DNA from: a virus
Reading direction: 5' to 3' (one strand)
IMG/VR virus record: IMGVR_UViG_3300021438_000004
Span: 1 to 42,228 of that record
Length of the DNA stretch: 42,228 nucleotides
Below are positions 22,315 through 32,200 of the stretch, one piece after another. The notes under the pieces were generated by a model. It was not told the DNA's origin. It saw only the letters and a list, made by a program, of their open reading frames with translations, and ran no database searches. The position numbers and the translations under genes are program-made. Positions within the stretch are counted from its first letter, which is position 1; the number at the start of each line of letters is the position of its first letter.

Positions 22315-22892
22315 TGGCAAATTCAGAGTACAGAGGTTCAGCCTCTAACAGTGTAGCAGCAAAGAAATCTGCTACATCAAAGTCAAAGACAGTAGCAACT
22401 CCTGGAACTAAAGTTTCACAGTCTACTATCGATAAGATTAAGTCAATGGGAATGTCAGCAGCACTTAAGAGTGCAAAGTCTGCTAGCCCAGAAATGCGTG
22501 AAGGCATCCGTCGCCTTTATGGTGCATCACGTTACAATGCTGCAGTAGCAGGAACAGGACGCTCAGCAACAGCATTGTCTGCAGATGCAGCACGTGCTCG
22601 TGCAGGCATGGGACGTGCTTCAAAGGGTATGACAGAAACAGCACCAGGAACTCGCTCATCTAAGCCTAAGTTGGGTGCTAAGACAGTTATGGCTCCAAGC
22701 AACCCTAACCGTCAGAATATGCCTTACAAAACTCCTGGCGCTAAGCCAGTACAGAAGGATATGTACGGTAACAAGGTTAAGTCAAATGTAACTATCGGTG
22801 CTAAGAAGAAGGCTGCTTCAACACCTTCTAAGTCTAAGACTGGTTACAAGGCTCCAACCCAGAAAGACATGTACGGAAACAAGATTAAGTAA
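22314..22892 (+). CDS. Ser/Ala/Lys-rich protein with internal C-terminal repeat, 192 aa
   Basis: ATG 22314 (TAATG overlap, AAGGTG about 9 nt upstream) is preferred over the track start 22308. Repeat: YKTPGAKPVQKDMYGNKVK / YKAPTQKDMYGNKIK. Confidence 0.7.
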   Translation: MANSEYRGSASNSVAAKKSATSKSKTVATPGTKVSQSTIDKIKSMGMSAALKSAKSASPEMREGIRRLYGASRYNAAVAGTGRSATALSADAARARAGMGRASKGMTETAPGTRSSKPKLGAKTVMAPSNPNRQNMPYKTPGAKPVQKDMYGNKVKSNVTIGAKKKAASTPSKSKTGYKAPTQKDMYGNKIK

Positions 22893-22911
22893 TTCAAACT
22901 AAAGGAATCCA

Positions 22912-23817
22912 ATGACAACGACCTATGCCAATTTGGTAGATGAGATTACTCTCAATCTGTCAGGCTACACATTAAGGCAAGACCGTACTACTCATTTGAC
23001 TGCTGATGTGACCTCTTCTGGTCTATCACTAAGTCTTGGTAGTGTGACCAATATTGGCAAAGGTGTTGTTGAAATTGATGACGAGTTAATATGGCTAGAT
23101 ACATATGACCGTATTTCATCAACAGGCAGCATTGCTCCCTATGGTCGTGGCTACCACGGTACAACTGCTGCAGCACACACAGCAAACACTAAGGTAACAA
23201 TTGCTCCAACATTTCCACGAGCAACTATTAAGAAGGCTATCAATGATACAATTGATGCAGTATTTCCTAATCTATTTGCTGTCGGAATCCACACTTTTAC
23301 ATACAATTCAGTTAAGACAACATACTCACTTCCTGCCGAAACTCAGACAGTGTTGTACGTCTCATACAAGCCAACAGGACCAACAGAAGAATGGCTTCCT
23401 GTAAGAAACTATCGTGCTGACGTATTTGCAAATACTACATCATTTCCAACAGCACAGACTATTTCAATCTATGACCGAATTGAATCAGGTCGTACAATTC
23501 AAGTTTACTATGCTAAGAAGCCAGACACTTTAACAGCCTCTGCATCTAGCGCAACATTTGAAGGTGTTACAGGATTACCTTCATCTTGTAAGGATGTTAT
23601 TGTTTACGGTGCAGCATATCGTCTAGCATCCTTTGTTGACCCAGGTCGACTCAACTACTCATCTGCAGAAGCAGACAATGCAGACACCAAGATTCAATAT
23701 GGCTCTGGTGCATCTACTGCTCGATTCCTTCTTGCCCTCTACCAGCAACGCCTGAATGAGGAGACCAAGAAACTCCGTGACGTTTACCCAACCCGCATCC
23801 ACTACACGAGGTACTAA
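22912..23817 (+). CDS. Virion structural protein, 301 aa (adaptor- or tail-associated?)
   Basis: AAGGA SD. Its N-terminal block (VEIDDELIWL...GRGYHGTTAAAHTANTKV) resembles the N-terminal block of the following fibre (EEIVEV...DGTAAIAHSAGAKV). Confidence 0.75.
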   Translation: MTTTYANLVDEITLNLSGYTLRQDRTTHLTADVTSSGLSLSLGSVTNIGKGVVEIDDELIWLDTYDRISSTGSIAPYGRGYHGTTAAAHTANTKVTIAPTFPRATIKKAINDTIDAVFPNLFAVGIHTFTYNSVKTTYSLPAETQTVLYVSYKPTGPTEEWLPVRNYRADVFANTTSFPTAQTISIYDRIESGRTIQVYYAKKPDTLTASASSATFEGVTGLPSSCKDVIVYGAAYRLASFVDPGRLNYSSAEADNADTKIQYGSGASTARFLLALYQQRLNEETKKLRDVYPTRIHYTRY

Positions 23818-23820
23818 AAT

Positions 23821-26800
23821 ATGACAGTCCGCAAATATTCCTCCGTTTCTCAGGAAACCACACTTACCTCAGCACTGAGTTCTGGTGCAAGCACTATGGT
23901 GGTTGCTTCCTCTACTGCGCTTCTTGGTGGTATTACGCTATCTGCTGGCGAGACATTCGCAGTAGTTATTGACCCAGATACAGCGCTTGAAGAAATTGTA
24001 GAGGTCATTACCCCTAGTTCTTCTGCTAGCAATACTCTGACAATTACACGACCTGTTGATGGTACTGCTGCAATTGCTCACTCTGCTGGTGCAAAGGTAC
24101 GTCACATGGCTATTGGCCGTGACTTCCGTGAGGCTAACAATCATATTGAAGCAACAACAGGACATGGTGCAACTGGCGCTGTAGTTGGTACAACAAACAC
24201 CCAGACTCTTACAAATAAGACTTTAACTAGCCCAGTAATTACAACACCAACAATTGATGGAGTTTCATTCTCTGAGGCAGTTGAAGATGTTGTAGGTGCT
24301 ATGGTATCTGGCAATACAGAATCTGGTATTGCAGTTACTTATGATGATACTGCTGGCAAGATTAACTTTGACGTTAATGACCCAACCATCACTCTATCTG
24401 GTGATATCACTGGTTCTGCAACAATGACAAATCTTGGTAATACAACAATTACCACAACTATTCCTGCTGGCACAATTGTCAATGCTGATATCAATACTAG
24501 CGCTGCAATTGATAAGACTAAGATTGCTGGAACAGCGGTAACAGTTGCTGATACTGGTACAGTCACAAGCACAATGATTGCTGATGGCACAATTACTAAT
24601 ACAGATATTAACTCTGCTGCTGGTATTGCTTACAGCAAGTTGAGCCTGACTGGAAGCATTACTTCATCAGATATTGTTGATGGAACCATTGTCAATGCAG
24701 ATATCAGTCCTACTGCAGCAATTGCTTTGTCTAAGTTGGCAACAGACCCACTGGCTCGTGCTAACCACACTGGTACTCAGACAGCATCTACTATCTCAGA
24801 CTTTGATACACAGGTTCGTACTAACCGTCTAGACCAGATGGCTGCTCCTACTGCTGCTGTTTCACTTAACAGCCAGAAGGTAACTAACCTTGCTACTCCA
24901 ACAGTGTCTACTGATGCTTCAACTAAGGGCTATGTAGATACACAGATTACTAACTTAATTGGTGCTGCTCCTTCTACACTTGATACTCTTGCAGAAATCT
25001 CTGCTGCTATCAACTCAGACCCTAATCTTTATGCAACCCTTAATAATGGTAAGTTAAACCGTGATGGCACACAGGCTATGACTGGTGCTCTTCCAATGGG
25101 AACATTTAAGATTACAGGTCTTGGAGACCCAACTAATGCACAGGATGCTGCTACTAAGAACTATGTAGATACAGGTGCAGCCTCACAGGTTGCTGCTGCT
25201 GCAGCCAGCGCTACCGCTGCTGCTGCTTCTGCAACTGCAGCCTCTGGCTCTGCTACATCTGCATCTGGTTCTGCTACTAGTGCAACATCTTCTGCATCAA
25301 GTGCTACAGCATCTGCATCATCTGCAACTGCTAGCGCATCTGCTGCAGCCACATCAGCAACTAATGCATCTAACTCTGCAACAGCAGCATCTAACTCAGC
25401 AAGCACTGCTTCTACTCAAGCAACAAATGCTGCTAACTCAGCATCTGCTGCTAGTACTTCTGCAACTAACGCTGCATCTAGTGCTTCATCTGCGTCAACT
25501 AGCGCAACTAATGCTGCTGCTTCATACGACTCATTTGATGACCGCTACCTAGGCTCTAAGTCATCTGCTCCTACATTGGACAATGATGGCAACGCCTTGC
25601 TTACTGGTGCTCTTTACTGGAACTCAGTAGATAACACAATGTATGTATGGTCAGGTACAGCGTGGGGTTCAATCTCATCTACCGCTGCTATTTTCCGTTA
25701 TCGTTACTCTGCTACAGCAAACCAGACAACATTCTCTGGTACTGATGCTAATGGCGCAACACTATCCTACCTTGTAGGCAAGGAACAGGTATACCTCAAC
25801 GGTGTACTACAGGTTCGCGGTACTGACTACACAGCAACTGATGGTACAAGCATTGTCTTGGCATCAGGTGCTGCTGCAAGTGACGTACTAGAAATCATTA
25901 CCTTCACAGCCTTCTCTGTAATTATGTCAGCAATGACTGATGTACAGAATACATTTGTAACTGACCAGATTATCAACGGAGTTAAAGTTGGTATTGGTGC
26001 TGGTTCAATTACAAGTAATACTGCAGCGGGAAAGAATGCTCTTAACTCAAATACTACTGGTGCTTTTAATACTGCAATAGGTTCTAGTGCTTTAACGAAT
26101 AATACAATCGGCACATCCAATACTGCGGTAGGTCTTTCTGCATTATCTGCAAATACTACTGGATATGAAAATACCGCAGTTGGTGCAAACGCATTGCAAC
26201 TTAATACAACTGGAACTTTTAATAATGCGTTTGGTGAAGGTGCTTTGTATGCAAATACTACAGGAGCAACTAACACAGCAGTGGGTGCCTATGCTCTTAA
26301 CTCTAACACAGTAGGTTCTAATAATATTGCTATTGGTGGTAATGCACAACGCAGCAATATTTCTGGTGGTCAGAATGTTTCAATAGGTGTTGGTGCTGGA
26401 CAATCTAATACTGCATCAAGTGCAAATATTGCTATCGGTCACGTTGCTCTTAATAATAACACTGGTAATAATAACACCGCTATTGGTACTTATTCAATGC
26501 AACAAAATACAAGTGGAACATCAAATACAGCACTTGGATACGGTGCATTATCAGCAAATACTACTGCCAGTGAAAATACTGGACTAGGACTTAACGCTTT
26601 AACTGCTAATACAGCAGGACATAGCAACGTTGCAGTTGGTGCTTACTCTCTTGACGCTAATACAACAGGCATTTACAGTGTTGCTGTTGGATACAATGCT
26701 TTAACAAATAACACAATTGGAACTTCAAATACTGCAATTGGTTATGGTTCATTGGCTTCAAGTACAACCGCTTATGATAATACCGCTGTTGGCTACGGTT

Positions 26801-27573
26801 CTTTAAACCTTAATACAACAGGCGTTTTCAATGTGGCAATTGGTCACAGTGCATTGCTAAATAACACTACAGGTGGTAACAATGTTGCAATTGGTAACAG
26901 TGCTATGTACAACAACACAATTGGAACAACAAATACCGCTGTTGGAAAAAATGCAATGTCTGGAAATACTACAGGTTATGATAATGTTGCAATTGGATTC
27001 CTTTCATTATCTGCAACAACTACCGCTGTAAGTAATACTGCTGTTGGCGCATATTGTCTTAATTCCGTAACAAGCGGTGTTCAAAATGTTGGCATTGGCG
27101 TTGGCGCTGGAAATAGCGGTACAAACAATGTAACTACAGGCAGCAACAATATCTTAATTGGCTACAACGCTGCTGCCGCATCATCTACAGCATCAAATGT
27201 TATTACCTTAGGTAACTCATCTATTGCAACCATCCGCGCTCAAGTTACATCTATCACTGCACTCTCTGATGCACGCGACAAGAAGAACATTCAGCCACTA
27301 GGTGTAGGTCTTGACTTTGTTAAGACTCTTAACCCAGTTACCTTTGACTGGAATATGCGAGATGGCGGTAAGGTAGATGTACCTGATACTGGCTTCATTG
27401 CTCAGGAGTTAATGGCTGCAGAAGATGCAGTCGAGATGGCAGACAAACTACAACTCACATACCGTGACAACCCAGAGAAACTTGAGGCTACCCAAGGCAG
27501 ACTCATTCCTATCCTGGTCAAAGCAATCCAAGAACTAGCAGCAGAAGTAGAACTATTGAAGGGTGCTAAGTAA
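23821..27573 (+). CDS. Tail fibre 1, 1250 aa, with C-terminal intramolecular-chaperone (peptidase S74-type) domain
   Basis: Repeated xDIxxxAAIxxSKL motifs and a long SAT/SAS Ala-Ser repeat tract. FDDRYLG..DNDGNAL..GALYWN block, then about 25 NTAxG..AL..NTTG repeats. Ends with ITALSDARDKKNI...GFIAQEL. Confidence 0.9.
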   Translation: MTVRKYSSVSQETTLTSALSSGASTMVVASSTALLGGITLSAGETFAVVIDPDTALEEIVEVITPSSSASNTLTITRPVDGTAAIAHSAGAKVRHMAIGRDFREANNHIEATTGHGATGAVVGTTNTQTLTNKTLTSPVITTPTIDGVSFSEAVEDVVGAMVSGNTESGIAVTYDDTAGKINFDVNDPTITLSGDITGSATMTNLGNTTITTTIPAGTIVNADINTSAAIDKTKIAGTAVTVADTGTVTSTMIADGTITNTDINSAAGIAYSKLSLTGSITSSDIVDGTIVNADISPTAAIALSKLATDPLARANHTGTQTASTISDFDTQVRTNRLDQMAAPTAAVSLNSQKVTNLATPTVSTDASTKGYVDTQITNLIGAAPSTLDTLAEISAAINSDPNLYATLNNGKLNRDGTQAMTGALPMGTFKITGLGDPTNAQDAATKNYVDTGAASQVAAAAASATAAAASATAASGSATSASGSATSATSSASSATASASSATASASAAATSATNASNSATAASNSASTASTQATNAANSASAASTSATNAASSASSASTSATNAAASYDSFDDRYLGSKSSAPTLDNDGNALLTGALYWNSVDNTMYVWSGTAWGSISSTAAIFRYRYSATANQTTFSGTDANGATLSYLVGKEQVYLNGVLQVRGTDYTATDGTSIVLASGAAASDVLEIITFTAFSVIMSAMTDVQNTFVTDQIINGVKVGIGAGSITSNTAAGKNALNSNTTGAFNTAIGSSALTNNTIGTSNTAVGLSALSANTTGYENTAVGANALQLNTTGTFNNAFGEGALYANTTGATNTAVGAYALNSNTVGSNNIAIGGNAQRSNISGGQNVSIGVGAGQSNTASSANIAIGHVALNNNTGNNNTAIGTYSMQQNTSGTSNTALGYGALSANTTASENTGLGLNALTANTAGHSNVAVGAYSLDANTTGIYSVAVGYNALTNNTIGTSNTAIGYGSLASSTTAYDNTAVGYGSLNLNTTGVFNVAIGHSALLNNTTGGNNVAIGNSAMYNNTIGTTNTAVGKNAMSGNTTGYDNVAIGFLSLSATTTAVSNTAVGAYCLNSVTSGVQNVGIGVGAGNSGTNNVTTGSNNILIGYNAAAASSTASNVITLGNSSIATIRAQVTSITALSDARDKKNIQPLGVGLDFVKTLNPVTFDWNMRDGGKVDVPDTGFIAQELMAAEDAVEMADKLQLTYRDNPEKLEATQGRLIPILVKAIQELAAEVELLKGAK

Positions 27574-29234
27574 TGACAAAATCAAGAGACATAGCCAGTA
27601 AGTTATCTGATTCTAGTAGTAATACCATATATGGTACTAGAGCATTAGCGGCAGTTACAACAGGTAACAACAATACTGCAATTGGATTAGATGCTCTTAC
27701 TACCAATACTACTGGTGGAAACAATGTAGCAATTGGCGTAAACTCAATGAAGTTTAATACTATTGCAAATAATAATACTGCTGTTGGAACAAGTTCATTA
27801 ACAAACAATACGACTGGTGTGAGCAATACAGCAATTGGTCAAGCATCTTTGTATCAAAATACTGTTGGTGTTAACAACACTGCTGTTGGTTCAGGTGCTT
27901 TACAAAATAACACAACTGGTGCTGCTAACACTGCAATTGGCAGCCTTGCTATGTACAATACTACAACAGGTTCTGCTAATACAGTTGTTGGTCATAATGC
28001 ATTTAATATCAATACGACAGGTAGCAATAATACTGCTTTAGGTTTTCAATCCTTGGTCTATAATACAACAGGTAGCGATAACGTAGGTGTTGGATATAAC
28101 GCTGGCTTCTCTAATACTATTGGTGTAAGAAATGTTGCCGTTGGGTCTGGAGCGCTTTTTTACAATACAATTGGTGCAAATCTTGTTGCAATAGGTTCAA
28201 CAGCGCTTTCCGCAAATACAACTGGCAATAACAATGTTGCTATTGGACATCAGGCATTACTTTCTAATACTATTGGTACAGAAAATGTTGCTGTTGGTAA
28301 AGACGCTTTAGCCTCCAATACAACTGGTATTTACAATATTGCCGTAGGTTCTTATGCTTTAGATGCAGTAACAACAGGTATTGAAAATACTGCAGTAGGT
28401 CATAATGCATCTTCTTCGGTCACAACTGGTCAAGGCAATACAGCAATTGGTTTTAACACGCTAGTTGCTACAACAACGGGAACAATGAACACCGCTGTTG
28501 GGCGTTACTCAATGTATAGTAATGTCAGTGGAACTTCTAACGTTGCTGTGGGTAACAGTTCTTTGCAAAGTATTACAAATGGTTCTAATAACGTTGCTAT
28601 TGGTGAAACCGCATTGTTTAGCAATACAACTGGAACCAATAATGCTGCCGTTGGATTAAACGCTCTTTATGCTAACACTACTGGTAAAGAAAATACCGCT
28701 ATTGGTGCTGGTGCAGGCGGAGCAATAACAACTGGTATAAACAATACTATGCTTGGATATATTGCAGGAAATACTGGAACAAATAACTTAACGACTGGTT
28801 CTAATAATACAGTTATTGGTAGTGGTGCTTCTGTATCTTCATCTACTGTTTCCAGTACGGTTACTTTAGGTAATTCATCTATTGCAACATTACGTTGTCA
28901 GGTAACTTCAATTACCGCCCTATCAGATGCCCGCGATAAGACAGATGTTGAGTCAATCCCAGTTGGATTAAACTTCATCAACAAGTTACATCCAGTAACA
29001 TTTACTTGGAATATGCGTGACGGTGGCAAGGTTGGTGTCAAGGACACAGGCTTTATTGCCCAGGAACTTATGGCAGCAGAGGACGAGGCAGAACTTGCTG
29101 AGTACCTACAACTGACATACCGTGATAATCCAGAAAAACTAGAAGCAACTCAGGGTAGACTAATCCCTATATTGGTCAAGGCAGTACAAGAACTTTCAGC
29201 AAAGGTCGCTGAACTAGAAGCAAAGGTAAACTAA
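27573..29234 (+). CDS. Tail fibre 2 (paralogue of fibre 1 C-terminal half), 553 aa, S74-type chaperone domain
   Basis: TAATG overlap with fibre 1. Same NTAxG/NTTG repeat body. The C-terminus ITALSDARDKTDV...GFIAQELMAAED...LIPILVKAVQEL is closely similar to fibre 1. Confidence 0.9.
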   Translation: MTKSRDIASKLSDSSSNTIYGTRALAAVTTGNNNTAIGLDALTTNTTGGNNVAIGVNSMKFNTIANNNTAVGTSSLTNNTTGVSNTAIGQASLYQNTVGVNNTAVGSGALQNNTTGAANTAIGSLAMYNTTTGSANTVVGHNAFNINTTGSNNTALGFQSLVYNTTGSDNVGVGYNAGFSNTIGVRNVAVGSGALFYNTIGANLVAIGSTALSANTTGNNNVAIGHQALLSNTIGTENVAVGKDALASNTTGIYNIAVGSYALDAVTTGIENTAVGHNASSSVTTGQGNTAIGFNTLVATTTGTMNTAVGRYSMYSNVSGTSNVAVGNSSLQSITNGSNNVAIGETALFSNTTGTNNAAVGLNALYANTTGKENTAIGAGAGGAITTGINNTMLGYIAGNTGTNNLTTGSNNTVIGSGASVSSSTVSSTVTLGNSSIATLRCQVTSITALSDARDKTDVESIPVGLNFINKLHPVTFTWNMRDGGKVGVKDTGFIAQELMAAEDEAELAEYLQLTYRDNPEKLEATQGRLIPILVKAVQELSAKVAELEAKVN

Positions 29235-29542
29235 TGTCACATACAGATAACGCAGTAAAGACAATCACTAAGGCTACTCCTACAGTTGACCTTGATGGCA
29301 AGGTAATCAAGTGGGATGTAGAGGTTGAGTACTCACTCAATGACTATGTATCAAAGTTCAACAAGACTGTAGAGGTTGAGGCTGCTAAGGCACCTGCCGA
29401 CTTCACCAAGGCTGAACTATGGGAACTAGTCAATGAGGCTCACCTAGATGCAGTATATGAGTCACAGTACGTATCAACTCAGATTCCAGTAGAGCCTACT
29501 GAAGTCAAGGTTGATGATTTTGATATCGATTCACTAGCGTAA
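29234..29542 (+). CDS. Hypothetical protein, 102 aa
   Basis: TAATG overlap with fibre 2. Acidic. Confidence 0.7.
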   Translation: MSHTDNAVKTITKATPTVDLDGKVIKWDVEVEYSLNDYVSKFNKTVEVEAAKAPADFTKAELWELVNEAHLDAVYESQYVSTQIPVEPTEVKVDDFDIDSLA

Positions 29543-29561
29543 CAAAAGGTCGGGGGACACA

Positions 29562-30218
29562 ATGAAAACAGTACTAATCGCAACACCTTCATATGATGGG
29601 AAAGTAGATGTCTGGTACGCCAGTGCATTGCATCAGACTGCATTGCTTGGTATGCAATCGGACATCTACTTCCACCCAATCTTTATGTCTTATGATGCAC
29701 TTATCCAGCGTAGCCGTAATGACCTGCTAGCCCTAGCGGTAGAGCAAGAGTTTGATGGCATCCTATGGATTGATGCTGATATGGAATGGAATCCTCAGTG
29801 GGCTATTGATGTAGTGAACTCAGGCAAGGATGCCTTGGGCCTACCAGTTATCAAGAAGTCTATCTTTGAGGAATCATACAACGTCAAGTGCAAGCCAGAA
29901 GATTTGGTTACTGATGAGGATGGTCTTATCAAGGTTGAGTCTATTGGTACAGGTTTCTTCTATATGTCTAAGGATGCAATCAAGCATCTATGGGATAACT
30001 CAGAAGCCTATGTTCACAACGGGGCTAACCGCAGATGGGTATTTGAAGTAAAAATTCAAGACGGAGATATCATCTCCGAAGATGTATTGCTTTGCCAGAA
30101 GTTACGGGATGGTGGATACGAAGTATTCATTGACCCAAGCAAGACCTGCAACCATATTGGCACACTAAAGTTTAGTGGCAACTTTGCAGAGTTTATAAAT
30201 AAAATTAAAAATAACTAA
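29562..30218 (+). CDS. GT-A-fold glycosyltransferase, 218 aa
   Basis: IATPSYDG start, SRND, DxD-type WIDADMEW, and C-terminal ISEDVLLCQKLRDGGYEVFIDPSKTCNHIG. This block order is typical of small phage or viral GT-A glycosyltransferases. Confidence 0.7.
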   Translation: MKTVLIATPSYDGKVDVWYASALHQTALLGMQSDIYFHPIFMSYDALIQRSRNDLLALAVEQEFDGILWIDADMEWNPQWAIDVVNSGKDALGLPVIKKSIFEESYNVKCKPEDLVTDEDGLIKVESIGTGFFYMSKDAIKHLWDNSEAYVHNGANRRWVFEVKIQDGDIISEDVLLCQKLRDGGYEVFIDPSKTCNHIGTLKFSGNFAEFINKIKNN

Positions 30219-30226
30219 GGAGTACA

Positions 30227-32200
30227 ATGGCAACGCCAGATATTACGGAAGATATCCCGTTAAACGTTGGTAACCCTGGAACCTCTGGTTTTTGGACTAA
30301 CAACGCAGAAGACTATGACGTTGCTGTTGGTGGCTTGCCTTTCTTCTTAGCACCTACAGACCAGAATCCTTATCAAAGAGAGACTGCACCATACCGCAAA
30401 GACCAGTTTGATAATGGTACTGAGCCAGGTGAACAGTCATTGACTGGTTGGTGGATTCGCTCACAGTCATCTTTTCATGTTGGTGATGGCATTAATTTCT
30501 ATGACCCATCAGCAGGTGAGACAACTAAGTATCGCTTTACTGACTCTCAAGGTGTCAATGTATGGACTAAAGGACAGGTTACTCTCCTTAATGATGTAAT
30601 TGAAAACCACATTACTACAGGAACTCTATCAAGTAATGGTGACCCACAGCAACATGTGCGTTCTATTCGTTACTCAAACAAAGATGCACTTCTTCTTCAT
30701 GACGAATATGACGTTGATAAGGTAGAGGCTGATGGAACAGTTGTTCACTTTATTGACTACAATGCTGGCGTTAATGATAAAGTCTTTGCAATCTGCGATG
30801 ATGGTACATATGCCTACTGGCTAACTAATGATAGCGGTGGTGGTGCTGGTAAGTTGCGTATGTATAAGAAATTACTTACTGGTGTAGCAGGTGCTGGCGA
30901 TATTCTTATGCTTTCATCAGCAAGCATTACTATTGTAAATGCCTGTATGGAGTTTGTAAAAGACCGTATTGTTGCAGTTATCAATGGCGTTACCTATGAG
31001 ATTGCTCCTAATGCCACAACTCTTCCTACAGCAATCTACACTAACCCTAATACTAACTGGGTTGCTACTAGCATTACAGCATCTGGACCTGCAATCTATA
31101 TCTCAGGCAACTCTGGAATCTACTCATCAATCCATAAGTACACACTTAGCACATCTGGTGCTATGCCTACTTTGACTCAAGCGGTAGTTGCTGCTGAACT
31201 TCCACCAGGTGAAATGACCATGAAGGTCTATTACTACCTAGGCTATATGCTTATTGGTACAACTAAAGGTGCTCGTGTAGCAACAGTTAATGACCAAGAT
31301 GGCTCACTATCTTATGGTCCTCTAGTCTTTGAGTCGTCTCAACCAGTCTATGACTTTGCTGCTCGTGACCGTTTTATATGGTGTGCATCTGGTATCGGTG
31401 CTCTTGATGCTGGTGTTATTCGTATTGACTTAGGTCAGATAATTGAGAATGAACCACTACGTTTTGCATGGGCAAACGACTTGCAGTACACACAGTCAAC
31501 AGTACATCATACAACTGGCGTAGCCTTCTATGGCTCATCAGCACGACTTGGTTTTGCTACTGCTTACAATACAACTAATGGTCACGTATACCGCGAAGAT
31601 ACAAGTACACTACGCTCTACTGGCTATGTGACTACAGGTGCAATTCGCTATGGAACACTTGAGCCAAAGAACTTTAAGTTCATTCGTGCTCGTGGCAACT
31701 TTACCTATGGTGCTATGGATATCTATGCTATCGATGCATCTGGAAATACATATACAATTATTACTTACAACGCTGCTGTTGGCACTCCTGAGGCTGCCAC
31801 AACCAACCCAGAAGGTCCACAAGAGTATCTGTCATACAAGTTTACGCTCTCACGTAGTGCAACCAGTACCAGCCAAGGCCCTGTGTTTAAGGGTTATCAA
31901 GTAAAGGCTCTACCTGCTACAGCACGTCAACGGGTGATTCAGTTCCCTGTATGGTGCTATGACGTAGAAACCGACAGATATAACGTAAAGACTGGATACG
32001 AAGGACGTGCGTGGGAGCGTATTCAAGAACTAGAAGATGTAGAAAAACTAGGCGATATCATCAACGTACAAGACTTCACAACAGGAGAACGCGTGCAAGC
32101 AATTGTTGAAAAGATAAACTTCATTCGTAAGACTCCACCATCAGGTCAGTTTGATGGCTTCGGAGGACTTCTCCTCATCACAGTCAGGACGGTTTTATAA
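30227..32200 (+). CDS. Large virion/tail protein, 657 aa
   Basis: AAGGAG SD. Long ORF between the fibre cluster and the lysis cassette. No motif assigned. Confidence 0.8.
   Translation: MATPDITEDIPLNVGNPGTSGFWTNNAEDYDVAVGGLPFFLAPTDQNPYQRETAPYRKDQFDNGTEPGEQSLTGWWIRSQSSFHVGDGINFYDPSAGETTKYRFTDSQGVNVWTKGQVTLLNDVIENHITTGTLSSNGDPQQHVRSIRYSNKDALLLHDEYDVDKVEADGTVVHFIDYNAGVNDKVFAICDDGTYAYWLTNDSGGGAGKLRMYKKLLTGVAGAGDILMLSSASITIVNACMEFVKDRIVAVINGVTYEIAPNATTLPTAIYTNPNTNWVATSITASGPAIYISGNSGIYSSIHKYTLSTSGAMPTLTQAVVAAELPPGEMTMKVYYYLGYMLIGTTKGARVATVNDQDGSLSYGPLVFESSQPVYDFAARDRFIWCASGIGALDAGVIRIDLGQIIENEPLRFAWANDLQYTQSTVHHTTGVAFYGSSARLGFATAYNTTNGHVYREDTSTLRSTGYVTTGAIRYGTLEPKNFKFIRARGNFTYGAMDIYAIDASGNTYTIITYNAAVGTPEAATTNPEGPQEYLSYKFTLSRSATSTSQGPVFKGYQVKALPATARQRVIQFPVWCYDVETDRYNVKTGYEGRAWERIQELEDVEKLGDIINVQDFTTGERVQAIVEKINFIRKTPPSGQFDGFGGLLLITVRTVL

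Noticed and set aside
25161-26349. Antisense and alternate-frame ORFs inside fibre 1 (25161-25406, 25175-25552, 25827-26276, 26143-26349)
   Set aside because: They are artefacts of the Ala/Ser and NTAxG repeat DNA, which is open in several frames. Their products are low-complexity, and they are fully nested in a well-supported long ORF.
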